Shown: positions 34,696-47,710 of the stretch, in pieces | Layout: each line of letters starts with the position of its first letter | Numbering within the stretch: position 1 is the stretch's first letter | Source: Octopus sinensis | Lineage: Eukaryota | DNA length: 64,000 nucleotides | Reading direction: 5' to 3' | Assembly: GCF_006345805.1 (NCBI RefSeq) | Contig: NC_043026.1 | Coordinates: forward strand, 9,300,001-9,364,000 | Position numbers and translations under genes: made by a program | The notes under the pieces: generated by a model | The model's database searches: none | Seen by the model: only the letters and a program-made list of their open reading frames with translations | Told to the model about the DNA's origin: nothing

Positions 34696-37600
34696 GCCCA
34701 ATGCTCGCACTTTAACCAGAACTCTACACCCCTCATGTTTGGTTTTGAGGTGATGGTCTAATGCCGTTCTCGCCGCCAAAACGTGAGATGCAGAGCCCAA
34801 CCTCAACGCCTCCTCTAAGTTCTTAACTAATTGCCCTTCTATTCTAGCCCTGTCTAATCTTAGTTGCTTACTAAACCTAATGGACTCGAATCGAATGGCT
34901 CTTTTCAGGGCGAACCACCACCGGTTATTAACCACGGCTCCGGTTAACGCCCTCTGTACTAACTCCTTAATCCGACTGTGGTATGCCTCACAAGTCAAAA
35001 TAGACTTGTAGCCGGGTCCTATCTTTAGTGTGCTACCTATGTCCAGTCTACACTTGACCATTCTATGGTCAGTATAGGGCACCTGGACGAGCTGTGGACA
35101 ACTAAAACTAGACTTATCTCTAGTTCTTATCACTATCCTGTCTAGATAAGACTTGAAGCTTCCGTCACCACTCATCCAGGTCTACTCTGGGACGTTCAGA
35201 TGGTCAAGTCTGTAACGATCTGCCAGCTGAAACCGCTTAAGCAGATCCACGATACGTGAGTTCACTTTCCTATAGATCGAGCCAACACTATCAATGTGTA
35301 TGTCAACGATAGCATTAAAGTCCCCTAATACTACTAAAGTCTTCGACGTCACGATAAAATTCAGTTTGGAAGCCTCTAGCACAAGGTGCATAGAGTCCGA
35401 TCAACCTGAAGGCCTTACTGCTGTATGTCACATCAAGGACGACCAGCCCACCTTCAGGGTCCACATAGACTGTGCTTGTCTGCAGAGCTAAGCCTTTACG
35501 GATCAGTACCACAACTTCCCCTCGCCCTCCGGTCTGGCCAGGAGACATGATTTTCTCGTAGCCATTCAGGAGAGGCGAGAAGGTTTGTAGACTGTCCAGC
35601 TTGGTCTCTGTAGAAACCATCACATGCATATCATGTGATCTGAGATCGTCGAGGAAAGACACCTGCTTCCACTTTGAACTCAGACCACGCACATTAAACA
35701 ACCAAGGTTAAGAGACGCCATTACAAAAAGTAAAAGCTCTACTTAGATTTCTTTGGAGATTTGGGGGCTGACCTCACCACACGTGGATCCGTCCCCTTCT
35801 TGTCTCTCTTCACAGTTTGGCAAGTCCACAATTTTCCTGTCCCTTAATTCTCGGTATAGGGATTCGTCTAACATTGCACATCTGTTCTTCCATTCTTGGA
35901 GTAGGGGGTACAATATAGTCTTTTTATGCTGTACAATGATGTCATTAGTGTACGTGTCCGTTGTATCATATTCTATTAAAATTAAATTTTGGTTTTCTTC
36001 CGGGACAGTAGGGCAGGATTTCTTTTTCGTTGTCTGTGGTGTGTTTTTTCTGTTTTGTGTGGGGGATGTGGGTGGGGAAGGTCTACGAGAACGTTTTTTT
36101 CCCACTGGTGTAAATCCACCCTCTGAAACCTCCATGTTATTATCTGAGGGGTGGGTGACAATTTCTTCCGACACAGTGTTTTCTGTTGGTGCCGCATCTT
36201 CCAAGGGGGTTGGGTAATTTTATTTTTGTAGGGACTTGTGCGTGCCGGGGCTGGGTTTTTCTATACTTTGTTTGGAGACTAGCACCTCAACAACGGGGTT
36301 GGGAGTTTTTGTTTGTGGGGGTTGGTGTGTTTGCAGGGGCTGGGTTTTTTTGGGTTATTTGAGGGGCCTGGTGTTTGCGACTTTTTTTCTTCTTCACAAT
36401 CAGCTCGAATGTGGCCCTTTTTTCCGCATTGGTAACAGGTTGGCTTACGGCCTTCCACCTGTATCCTAAGGGCCACATTCTCCCCAATGAGCACTCTCTC
36501 TGGTAGGACCTGAATGTCCTCCTATTTCCCTTGTATTAAAACAGAGATGTTCCGCCCTAACCAATTCTGTGGGACGGAACTAGTAGATTGTAGTATGTTT
36601 ATACGGTCCATCCTATTAAACAGCAGGGCAGCCACCACTTCTTTACGGTCTATTGTAGGCGGGACTTTGTTGATTCTTACACGGGATGTTCTTCATCCCA
36701 TATAAGTTGGCAGAAGTACCACTTCTTTGGTCTTCAGGGGACACACGGAATGCCCGCGAGCCACCTCTTCCTCTGAGAATTGGACCTCAACAGAACTGTA
36801 TGCCTGTCCCCTCGAGATATACACTATATCCGTCCATATCGGGGCCAGGTATTTTTCTATAGTTTCTTTTACGAAGTGTTTAAACCTTTTCTCTTGTCGG
36901 CAGAAGGTTTTATACACCACGGCCCTCTTCTCTGTTTCTAACACGGTGGAGGAGTGTGATATCACAACATCACCTCCCTCTTCCTTCATCCTTTTAAAAT
37001 ATCCCTGCAACATGTCTGCAGATATATCAATATTTTTGGTGCCACTGCGGCAACTGCTGAAAATTCTTTCACAGTGTAGGCGCAATTGCCAACATCAACA
37101 TTGCTCTCCACAAGAGCAGATTTTTCATGTATTATTTCAACCGACATGGTTGAAGAGAAATTGGTTTCCCACAAGACTGGGAGACCTTTAGAAAGAATTT
37201 TCCTCTCACAGAGAACAAAAATAGATAATTTTTATATCCGCAGTCCAAAGTTCAAATCCCAACACCGCTGGGATTCGAAATTCATTTTTCACACAACAAC
37301 GAAATCCCCAAAAGGGAAACCTATATTTTATTTTTCTCACAGTGACGACAACAGTTCAAATCTCGCCCGTGCTACGGGCGGATGCCACATTAGAGCCTAC
37401 AATGGCTAAAATTTTTTTTTTCCTTCACAACAACAATTTGCTTATCCCAAAAATGGGAAGCCTATAATATTTTTTTCCCATTTAATAAGGATAACAGTTC
37501 AAATGCCACCCCCGCGGGAGGTGGGGGCGACAATAAAACATACAACGGCTTTAACAAGCTCAATATCAACAATATTAATAAATTCAATATTAATGACTTC

Positions 37601-37757
37601 AATGTTTCAATAATTACTTTTTCCCGTCACCGGGAAGAAAGCACAAAAATTCACAAAGTTCACGAAAATATTTAACAATAAACGTTCAACAGCAGAAAAA
37701 TTATCCACGTGCAATAACACGTGTGACTCACCGCCAAAAAAACACGTCCGACTTCGA
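34696..37757 (-). mobile_element. Tx1/L1-like LINE family A: 5' UTR, ORF1 with CCHC knuckle, ORF2 AP-endonuclease; RT region lost
   Basis: CYQCGKKGHIRADC knuckle; APE motifs FNVRGL..TETKL..LIGLYAP..VLGDFNA..SYLDRI..TDHRMV; several stops and frameshifts; ends at ...KVRALG. Confidence 0.9.
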
Positions 37758-37970
37758 CTACTTACCACACAGCCACTCCTGCGCCTACATCTCTCTATAT
37801 ATATATATGATGGGCTTCTTTCAGTTCCTGTCTACCAAATCCACTCACAAGGCTTTGGTCGGCCCGAGGCTATAGTAGAAGACACTTGCCTAAGGTGCCA
37901 CGCAGTGGGACTGAACCCGGAACCATGTGGTTGGTAAGCAAGCTACTTACCACACAGCCACTCCTGCACC

Positions 37971-38022
<52 letters not shown>

Positions 38023-38190
38023 CATATATATATATATACGACAGGCTTCTTTTAGTTTCCGTCTACCAAATCCACTCACAAGGCTGTGGTCGGCTTGAGG
38101 CTATAGTAGAAGACACTTGCCTAAGGTGCCACGCAGTGTGACTGAACCCGGAACCATGTGGTTGGTAAGCAAGCTACATACCAATGTTAT
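37758..38190 (-). mobile_element. Tandem array of three S3 SINE 5' parts separated by (TA)n; the last one (37758-37785) is interrupted by the LINE
   Basis: ggcgcaggagtggctgtgtggtaagtagcttgcttaccaaccacatggttccgggttcagtcccactgcgtggcacc (A-box/B-box-like) at 37810-37969; a second copy at 38036-38190. Confidence 0.85.
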
Positions 38191-38596
38191 TTCCTGTTTA
38201 CTCAATTTGAAAACTCTTTGTATTGTCTTTTATCTCTTGTGTCTGTGTGTGTGTGTGCGCCTAAGTTCATATATGAGTAGAGTCCCTTTAATATCACGCA
38301 AAAATTGATAAAAATTTGAGAATTAAAATTAAATATCTTTTTTCTAATTCATAGAATTTTACTAAACCTTTATCAAAACATCCCTTTAACATAGCACATA
38401 GACAGACTCAGCCTCTTGCACCTACCATACGATGCCATTCTGAAAATACACAACCACATCATCAAAACTTGAAAACTGTGAGTTAATGGATGAGAAATTG
38501 AAATTAATGTGAATAAATAACCCTCACATTCGACAGAATAACCTGCATGGTAAAGGGTTTCAGTAACCCCTTAGAGATTATGATTTAGCGCAAATA

Positions 38597-40189
38597 TCAG
38601 TGGGATTGCTTCTTCCCCTGATGAACACGTTTGTGAGAAGTTAAGCTGCTATGTTGAGTGAATGACCTTCCACAGATATCACAAGAATATGGCTTCTCTC
38701 CTGTATGGATACGTTTGTGAGAAATGAAAGCACTTTGGTGAGAGAATGATTTATCACAGATATCACAGTGATATGGTGTTACTCCTGTATGAATACGTCT
38801 GTGTCCAGTTAAGTTAGAACTCACGGTGAATGATTTACCACAGATATCACAGTGGTATGGCTTCTCTCCTGTATGAATACGTTTGTGAGCAGCTAAGTTG
38901 CCACTTTGAGAGAATGATTTACCACAGATTTCACAGTGAAATGGTGTCTCTCCTGTATGAATACGTTTGTGTAAAGTCAAATACTGTTTTTGAGAGAATG
39001 ATTTACCACAGATATCACAAGAATATGGTGTCTCTCCTGTATGAATACGTTTGTGTAAAGTCAAATTATTTTTTTGAGAGAATGATTTACCACAGATATC
39101 ACAAGAATATGGTGTCTCTCCTGTATGAATACGTTTGTGTAAAGTCAAATACTTTTTTTGAGAGAATAATTTACCACAGATATCACAAGAATATGGTGTT
39201 TCTCCTGTATGAATACGTCTGTGTCCAGTTAAGTCAGAACTCACGGAGAATGATTTACCACAGATATCACAGTGGTATGGCTTCTCTCCTGTATGGGAAC
39301 GTTTGTGAGTAGTTAAGTTGCAACTTTGAGAGAATGATTTACCACAGATATCACAATGATATGGGGACTCTCCTGTATGAATACGTTTGTGATTAGTTAG
39401 AGCACTTTTACCAGGAAATAATTTACCACAGATATTACAGGAATATGGCTTCTCTCCTGTATGACAATGCTGGTGATAATTTAAAACACTTTGGTGAGAG
39501 AAACTCGTACCACAGACACTACAATGATATGGCTTCTCTCCTGTATGAATACATTTGTGGGTAGTCAAGGTAATTTTTTGAGAGAATGATTTACCACAGA
39601 TATCACAGTGGTATGGCTTCTCTCCTGTATGGGAACGTTTGTGAGTAGTTAAGTTGCAACTTTGAGAGAATGATTTACCACAGATATCACAATGATATGG
39701 GGACTCTCCTGTATGAATACGTTTGTGATTAGTTAGAGCACTTTTACCAGGAAATATTTTACCACAGATATTACAGGAATATGGCTTCTCTCCTGTATGA
39801 CAATGCTGGTGATTATTTAAAACACTTTGGTGAGAGAATATTGTACCACAGACACTACAATGATATGGCTTCTCTCCTGTATGAATACGTTTATGTGTAG
39901 TCAAGTTCTGTTTTTGAGAGAATGATTTACCACAGATTTCACAGTGAAATGGCTTCTCTCCTGTATGGGAACGTTTGTGAGCAGTTAAGTTGCTACTTTG
40001 AGAGAATGATTTACCACAGATATCACAATAATACGGTGTCTCTCCTGTATGAATACGTTTGTGACTATTTAAGGTACCTTTTTGTGAGAAAGACTTTTTA
40101 CACACATCACAGTCATGTAACAATTTTTGTCTCTCTTTTTTGCTATCTTCTGGAAAAATATGTTCCTTCACTTTCTCACTCTTTTCCAT
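38597..40189 (-). CDS. ZNF7 (A-type, inverted): 530 aa, 18 fingers
   Basis: Intact ORF, 26 + 28x18; acceptor at 40545-40546; A-type intron homology extends to 40869. Confidence 0.95.
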   Translation of the reverse strand: MEKSEKVKEHIFPEDSKKERQKLLHDCDVCKKSFSQKGTLNSHKRIHTGETPYYCDICGKSFSQSSNLTAHKRSHTGEKPFHCEICGKSFSQKQNLTTHKRIHTGEKPYHCSVCGTIFSHQSVLNNHQHCHTGEKPYSCNICGKIFPGKSALTNHKRIHTGESPYHCDICGKSFSQSCNLTTHKRSHTGEKPYHCDICGKSFSQKITLTTHKCIHTGEKPYHCSVCGTSFSHQSVLNYHQHCHTGEKPYSCNICGKLFPGKSALTNHKRIHTGESPYHCDICGKSFSQSCNLTTHKRSHTGEKPYHCDICGKSFSVSSDLTGHRRIHTGETPYSCDICGKLFSQKKYLTLHKRIHTGETPYSCDICGKSFSQKNNLTLHKRIHTGETPYSCDICGKSFSQKQYLTLHKRIHTGETPFHCEICGKSFSQSGNLAAHKRIHTGEKPYHCDICGKSFTVSSNLTGHRRIHTGVTPYHCDICDKSFSHQSAFISHKRIHTGEKPYSCDICGRSFTQHSSLTSHKRVHQGKKQSH

Positions 40190-40869
40190 TATTTTTCCTT
40201 CAACTTCACAATATACCTCCTTTTTTTATTCTTTTTGCTTCTATAGTCTTTTGTTTACAAATATTTTAACTGTTATATTTCTGGCCACTGTTACCTTTGT
40301 CACAAAACAACTAAATTTATCCACGTTCAATCTGCAAACAGACTCATCGTGTAGACACTCCAACCAGTGATGTCCAGAAGGTTTGCTAATAACACAATTC
40401 AGAGTAAATATATCAGAGGAATTCCACCACAGATTCATAGAAACAATCTTATATATCTGTTCAGTAAAATATTTTCATTCTGGTCTTTAAAAGATGATAA
40501 ATAATGAGAATGTATCTTTGGTTATGCCAATGTCATCTGATATTCTGAAATAATAAAGAAACAACAGTGTGGAGGCTACTTAAAAAAATACAGATTCAAC
40601 ATTTCCATAAAGATAAACTCTAGAAATAAACATTTAACTGAACAACAGAACTTTCTAATTTATTAATATTTACATCACAAAATCCTGTTTGAAGCTAACA
40701 TATTTCTAAACTCCAGCTCCACATTCATAAATACACACACACACACACTTTTTTACTGGTTTTAGTTGTTTTGACTGTGGTCATGCTGGAGCACCAACTT
40801 TAAAGGCTTCAGTCAATAGAATCAATGCTAGGATTTATTTTTTCAGCTTAGCACTTATTCTATCAGCCA

Positions 40870-42173
40870 TAGATATTATCCAGTTAATGAAACACTTCGG
40901 ACTTAGTATAACTATAGACACTAACCTGACGGTTGTCAATTTCTTAGACGTTTCCTTAGATCTTAATAATAATATTTATAAGCCTTATAGGAAGCCCAAT
41001 GATAGACTAAGTTATATTAATGTAGGTTCATGCCATCCCCCTATAGTATTCAAAAATTTAGTTAAAAATATTAGTAAGAGGATTTCTAGCCTCTCATCTA
41101 ATGAGGACATCTTCAATAGCGTTGCCCCAGTTTATAATAAAGCTTTAAAAGATAGTGGTTTTAGCGAAAAAATAAAATATACACCTATCACTAGCCCAAC
41201 AGTAAGGAAAAGGAATAATAGAAATAGGAAGGTCATCTGGTTTACGCCCCCTTACTCACCCGAGGTGGCCTTCAATATAGGTAAATATTTCCTAGCACTG
41301 ATAGATAGACATTTTCCAGTTAACCATGCTTATAGGAAACTCTTCAATAGACACAATTTAAAAATTAGTTTTAGTTCAACTACCAATTTTAAAAACATAA
41401 TCAATCATAACATACAAAAACCACGAGAAGAAAACAGCTGTTCATGCAGGAATAAAGAATTGTGCCCGCTAAATGGAGCTTGTATGTCCAAGACCATCAT
41501 ATATGAAGCTACCGTAAACTCTATAACCACTAAAGACACCGTTTCGACGAAGAAATACGTGGGCTTACAGAGGGTAATTTCAAAGCCAGGTTCAATAACC
41601 ACACTTTGAGCTTTAGGCACTGGAACAAAAGAAAAGCGACACAATTATCCAATCATATTTGGTCTTTAAGAGATAAAGGTGTCGATTATAACATACAATG
41701 GAAGATTTTGGCCAGATGTAAGCCCTATACTAACGGCAGCGGAAGGTGCGGTTTATGCGACATGGAGAGATGGCTTATCTGGAAAAGCAGCTTAGACCCT
41801 ACCACATGTCTAAATACAAGGACAGAGCTTTTCGGATCATGCCCACATGTGACTAAATTTCTGTTACGTTTTTGGTCCCCTAAAGAAAACGGATAGAACA
41901 TGCTTTCTGTGTTATGTCCCAAGAAGAATTTATATATTTTTATATAATTTTATATATTTTTATGTATTTTTATAATTTTTATGACGAAAAATGCGAGCGA
42001 TGTATAAGTACGCAAGCAAAGCAGAGTTATAACAGAGTAATTTCCCTTCATTTTTAACGGTATTTTTTCATAACGTTTTCAAATAGCCAGATAACCGAAG
42101 AGATGGTGTTGTGGATTTCCACTTCGGCATCTGAAACTCAGAGTTTTATCTTGACTACCGAGTAATGTAACAT

Positions 42174-42175
<2 letters not shown>
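40870..42175 (+). mobile_element. Penelope-like retroelement, 5'-truncated: RT C-terminus, GIY-YIG-type endonuclease, 3' UTR with hammerhead
   Basis: VNFLDVSLDL..YKPYRKPN..HPP..RISSLSS..YNKAL..IWFTPPYS, then SCSC..CPLNGAC..IIYEATV..KYVG..NH..LSNHIWSL..IQWKIL..C.LC. Frameshift near 41570; ends in (TA)n. Confidence 0.85.
42084..42157 (+). ncRNA. Hammerhead motif in the Penelope 3' UTR (core U4->C variant)
   Basis: UAGCCAGAUAA-CCGAAGA-GAUG..GUGGA/UCCAC..CAUC-U-GAAA-CU-CAG-AG-UU-UUAUCUUGACUA. Confidence 0.6.
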
Positions 42176-42222
<47 letters not shown>

Positions 42223-42776
42223 CTTTTGTTTTTTACGGAATCCCACTTTTTGGTTATGGAGGATCCGATTCTGAAAAAAGGTTTTTGAAAAATCGCATTC
42301 TCAAAATTTCATTTACCACCAGCCTCTTCATTTTTCACTTGAAAAAAAAACAAACAAACATATTTTTGCCCTTAAAAACGATGGGAAAAACCTTTTCGGT
42401 AACAAAAACATAAAATATTGTAAATATTTTCAAAGGAAAAAGTGTGATTTAAGGGAGATTTGGCTGTTGTTTCTAGCACATCCTAAGACAACCCTCCTCG
42501 TTTCACTTTCCCATCTTTTGAAGTTTTTCTCTTCATAAACACATTTATGATCTTTTTTCAACCCTATTCTTCGCCCCTGGTTGCTTCTGTTTACGATTTA
42601 AAATATCGGTGAGTCTGAGGCCGTTTCTGGCATTTATCCACAGTGAAAACACAAGAAACGTGGGAAAATGATGGAAAGTGTAGAAGGTAGCCTCCATAGC
42701 TAGAAATAGCAGCCAAATGTCGCACGAATCAAAGGACATCTGAGACAGGAAGTATTTAGAAATTAAATAGTTTAAT

Positions 42777-42950
42777 ACTTACGGAAATGGTTTTAAAAAG
42801 GATGGTGTTGTTGTTAGAAGTGCGTCAGGTGGTTGAGAAATGTATTTTAAATGTGTTTGGGAGTGAATTGAGAGAAATTCCGACTGAAATCAAGTTTGTT
42901 AAAATGAAGGAATTTAGGCGGAAATACGCTTAGTGCGCATGCGTATGAAA
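42777..42950 (-). promoter_or_regulatory. B-type promoter and non-coding exon 1, now upstream of A-type ZNF7
   Basis: Donor (reverse complement) acttac at 42777-42782; tgcgcatgcgta at 42934-42945; 42221-43240 is colinear with 22790-23800. Confidence 0.65.
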
Positions 42951-44972
42951 AACTGGTTTTTCTTCTTTTTTTCTTTTGTTTTTTAAAGATTTTGGTAGAA
43001 AACCAGAAATTTCGGGGAGGGTCAAGTGTCAGTCGATTTCATGGACCCGAGTAGTCAACTGGTATTTATTTTATTGAACCCCAGCAGAAAAAAAGTGATA
43101 GGCAAAGTTTAATGGATCTTTTCTGTTTGAACGGCAGTTTTTATCATAATTTCTAGGTAACTAAAAACTTTTAAACTTCGTATACTGGTAGAATGTGTTA
43201 CATAAAACATCTTTTCCTGTTGGCTTCATTGAGAAAATTGTGTAGTTTGTGGATTGGAAGCACTCAGTCGGTTACGACGATGAGGGTTCCGGTTGATCCG
43301 AATCAACGGAACAGCCTGCTCGTGAAATTAACGTGTAAGTGGCTGAGCACTCCACAGACACGTGCACCCTTAACTTAGTTCTCGGGGACATTCAGCGTGA
43401 CACAGAGAGTGACAAGGCCGGCCCTTTGAAATACAGGTACAACAGAAACAGGAAGTAAGAGTGGGAGAAAGTTGTGGTGAAAGAGTACAGCAGGGATCAC
43501 CACCACCACCTGCCGGGGCCTCGTGGAGCTTTTAGGTGTTTTCGCTCAATAAACACTCACAACGCCCGGTCTGGGAATCGAAACCGCAATTCTACGACCG
43601 CGTGTCCGCTGCCCTAACCACGAAGAGATCTTGAAGAAACTGTTGATGATATTTTAAGTTGATTTTTTTCCCCCCATTTATTCGATATTCATTAATTTCA
43701 CATCATTTGCAATTTTTCTCTGATTCTCTTTCATTTGAATTCGATACTTGAATAGCTTTTTGCATTTCTGATCTTTAAGATGTCGAAGGATAGATATTGA
43801 TGTGTTTGAGTCTTTGTTTTCAAATGTAATTCTGGATAATTTGAAGAGACAATTTCACCTTTTCTTGCCTCTGCCAAATTTCTCTTTCTACACACTCAAA
43901 GAGAACAATGATAATTTCCTGAAAGAGTGATTCTGTTATAATGTTTTCAATGCATTCAGGGAAGGCCATTTGCTTAGCTGATAAACTTTTTGTAATCAAT
44001 CGTGAAATCTCCTCATGGGGCAAAATGAGTAATGACTATTTCCAATAATTTTTTCTCTTTATGGAGTTAAAGAGAAGAAATTGTGAGCTGTTAGGTTACT
44101 AGTCACAGACATACATTTTCTACAATATCCTCTGGCCTTGTGAATGGATTTGGGAGATGGAAACTGAAGGAAGCCCAATATATATATATGTGTGTGTGGG
44201 TGGGTGTGTTGTCCTCCCACCCCTTCAACACTTGACAAACAGTGTTGGTGTGTTTATGTCCCCATAAACTTGTGGTTTGGCAAAAGTGGCTGATAGAATA
44301 AGTGCTAAGCTCAAAAAATAAGTCCTAGCATTGATTCTATTGACTGAAGCCTTTAAAGTTGGTGCTCCAGCATGACCACAGTCAAAACAACTGAAACCAG
44401 TAAAAAAGTGTGTGTGTGTGTATTTATGAATGTGGAGCGGGAGTTTAGAAATATGTTAGCTTCAAACAGGATTTTGTGATGTAAATATTAATAAATTAGA
44501 AAGTTCTGTTGTTCAGTTAAATGTTTGTTTCTAGAGTTTATCTTTATGGAAATGTTGAATCTGTATTTTTTTAAGTAGCCTCTATATCTTACATTGTTGT
44601 TTCTTTATTCTTTCAGAATATCAGATGACATTGGCATAACTGAAGATACATTCTCATTATTTATCAGCTTTTTAAAGACCAAAATGGAAATATTGTACAG
44701 AACAGATATATAAGATTGTTTCTATAAATCTGTGGTGGAATTCCTCTGATATATTTACTCTGAATTGTGTTATTAGCAAACCTTCTGGACATCACTGGCT
44801 GGAGTGTCTACAAGATGAGTCTGGTTGCAGATTGAACGTGGATAAATTTAGTTGTTTTGTGACAAAGGTAACAGTGGCCAGAAATATAACAGTTGAAATA
44901 TTTGTAAACAAAAGACTATAGAAGCAAAAAGAATAAAAAAAGAACGTATATTGTGAAGTTGAAGGAAAAATA

Positions 44973-45977
44973 ATGGAAAAGAGTGAGAAAGTGAAGGAAC
45001 ATATTTTTCCAGAAGATAGCAAAAAGGAGAGACAAAAATTGTCACATGACTGTGATGTGTGTAAAAAGTCTTTCTCAAAAAAAGGTACCTTAAATAGTCA
45101 CAAACGTATTCATACAGGAGAGATGCCATTTCACTGTGAAATCTGTGGTAAATCATTCTCTCAAAAAATTACCTTGACTACCCACAAACGTATTCATACA
45201 GGAGAGAAGCCATATCATTGTAGTGTCTGTGGTACAAGTTTCTCTTACCAAAGTGTTTTAAATAATCACCAGTATTGTCATACAGGAGAGAAGCCATTTC
45301 ACTGTGAAGTCTGTGGTAAATCATTCTCTCAAAGAAGTGCTTTAACTAATCACAAACGTATTCATACAGGAGAGACACCATATTCCTGTAATATCTGTGG
45401 TAAATTATTTTCTGGTAAAAGTGCTCTAACTTATCATAAACGTATTCATACAGGAGAGTCACCATATCATTGTGATATCTGTGGTAAATCATTCTCTCAA
45501 AGTTGCAGCTTAACTACTCACAAACGTTCCCATACAGGAGAGAAGCCATACCACTGTGATATCTGTGGTAAATCATTCTCCGTGAGTTGTAACTTAACTG
45601 GACACAGACGTATTCATACAGGAGAAACACCATATTCTTGTGATATCTGTGGTAAATTATTCTCTCAAAAACTTTATTTGACTTTACACAAACGTATTCA
45701 TACAGGAGAGACACCATTTCACTGTGAAATCTGTGGTAAATCATTCTCTCAAAGTGGCCACCTAACTATTCATAAACGTATTCATACAGGAGAAACACCA
45801 TATTCTTGTGAAATCTGTGGTAAATCATTCTCTCAAAGTGGCAACTTAGCTTCTCACAAACGTATCCATACAGGAGAGAAGCTATATCCTTGTGATATCT
45901 GTGGAAGGTCATTTACTCAACGTGGCAACTTAACTTCTCACAAACGTGTTCATAAGGGGAAGAAGCAATCTCACTAA
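44973..45977 (+). CDS. ZNF8 (A-type): 334 aa, 11 fingers; upstream exon 1 and promoter missing
   Basis: Intact ORF; acceptor at 44616/44617; A-intron homology begins only at ~43250. Confidence 0.93.
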   Translation: MEKSEKVKEHIFPEDSKKERQKLSHDCDVCKKSFSKKGTLNSHKRIHTGEMPFHCEICGKSFSQKITLTTHKRIHTGEKPYHCSVCGTSFSYQSVLNNHQYCHTGEKPFHCEVCGKSFSQRSALTNHKRIHTGETPYSCNICGKLFSGKSALTYHKRIHTGESPYHCDICGKSFSQSCSLTTHKRSHTGEKPYHCDICGKSFSVSCNLTGHRRIHTGETPYSCDICGKLFSQKLYLTLHKRIHTGETPFHCEICGKSFSQSGHLTIHKRIHTGETPYSCEICGKSFSQSGNLASHKRIHTGEKLYPCDICGRSFTQRGNLTSHKRVHKGKKQSH

Positions 45978-46293
45978 TACTTGCGCTAAATCATAATCTG
46001 TAAGGGGTTATTGAAACCCTTTACCATGCAGGTTATTCTGTCAAATGTGATGTTTATTTATTCACATTATTTTCAATTTGCCATCCAAAGGTTTAGTAAA
46101 ATTCTGTGAATTAGAAAAAAGATATTTAATTTTAATTCTCAAATTTTTATCAATTTTTGCGTGATATTAAAGGGACTCTACTCATATATGAACTTAGGCG
46201 CACACACACACAGACACAAGAGATAAAAGATAATACAAAGAGTTTTCAAATTGAGTAAACAGGAGTAGTTGTGTGGTAAGTAGCTTGCTTACC

Positions 46294-47710
46294 TTTGTCG
46301 GAGACAGATGTGTTTGTTTTTGGCGGAGAGTTCTTGCTGCTTGATGTCACGTCTTTCGTCGTGAAATTTTGAACTTTGAGGCTCGACTACAGGTAGGCGT
46401 TTGTCGTATTTTTTGAGGGCTTAGTGGAGTTTGTTGCCCTGTATTTAATATTTTTTGGTGAGTAATAGACTCCACTCTGCTCCAGACATTTGCCTGTCTG
46501 TGGCCGCCTATAAAGACTCACTTTGCAGTGAGAATTGTGTTTTCGAGGAGGCGTAGCCCCTCCGCAAAAATTAATTTCTTTGCGTAAATTATCTTTGTGT
46601 CTGAGGATTAACCAAGGCAGGAAGGACTGTTTTTGCAAGGTGGACGTGAGTGTTTTGGCTCTGGCCAATTACAAGAAAAAAGAACAAAAACAGAGAAGGT
46701 TGTCGAGGCAAGTGATTTTGTTTTATCTGAGCTGGGTGTAATTTGTTATATTGTTCTTTTTTGTTAACAAATTTCGCCTGCTCTCGGCGGCTGCTGTTTT
46801 GTGAATTTAGTGTGAATATTTTGGATTCATTAAAAAAAAAAAAAACAGTGGAGGGACGTATCCTCGCCCGAATTATTAGAACCTGGTACAGTTACCGTTG
46901 GCTGTAGCCAGTATTGTGTTTGGATTTCTTTTACCAATTACGGGTAAAGACGATTCATACCAAGGAACCTATGTACATTTGGCCAGGAGTACCTTTTCGG
47001 CCGAAAATTAATTTATTTCTTTGCCTGGATTTGAACTCTCTTCTTCAAAGCTTTCGTTTATTTAAAAGAATAAAAGAACTCTTTTTTGAACTGTTATTTT
47101 TTATTTTATTTCTTCCCTTCTTTTTTTGTGTCTTGTTTTATTTTCTTACATTTTGAACTGTAATTGAACTTTGTGTTGAAATGGCAAAGGAATTTCTTGT
47201 GTTGGACTTGACACCTCCCCAAAAATGGTGAAAAGAGCTTGAAAGGAAGACGGTGGTGTTGAGGACTTATTCAAAGTCGCTCGACACCATAGCCGTCTTC
47301 CCGAGGGCCACAATTTTGAATGAGCTGGCAGATTACATGCCAGCCATTAAATTTATTTCACGGGGAGTCAAATATGCAACGGTCTGGTTGCTGTTTGACT
47401 CCCCCTAAGAAGCTTGCGATTTTGCAAGTCAGCTCCTCGAGGGCGAGGAAATAATCTTTCTTCCAAGCTATTGTGGAAAGAAATTGTTGAAAGCTTGGAT
47501 CTGCGGTTTGCCAGCCGGAGTTGAGCCCGAGTGGATAGAGGACTCTATCCGCTGGGGTCTGGGTGGTAGCAGTACCATGCTGCTTAATGTGAAAGTGTTG
47601 CCTGCAGCTGATTGGGAGGGATCAAAAGCTGTTTTGACCCTATGGACCCAATCAGCCGAAAGTCTGGTCTTTCCAGATTTTTTGAGGATGGCCGGGTCTA
47701 AATGGTGTTT
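46294..47710 (+). mobile_element. Tx1/L1-like LINE family B, paralogous copy of 29951-31320
   Basis: S3 head ending gcttgcttacc (46260-46293), then tttgtcggagac; ORF1 fragment KAWICGLPAGVEPEW. Confidence 0.75.
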
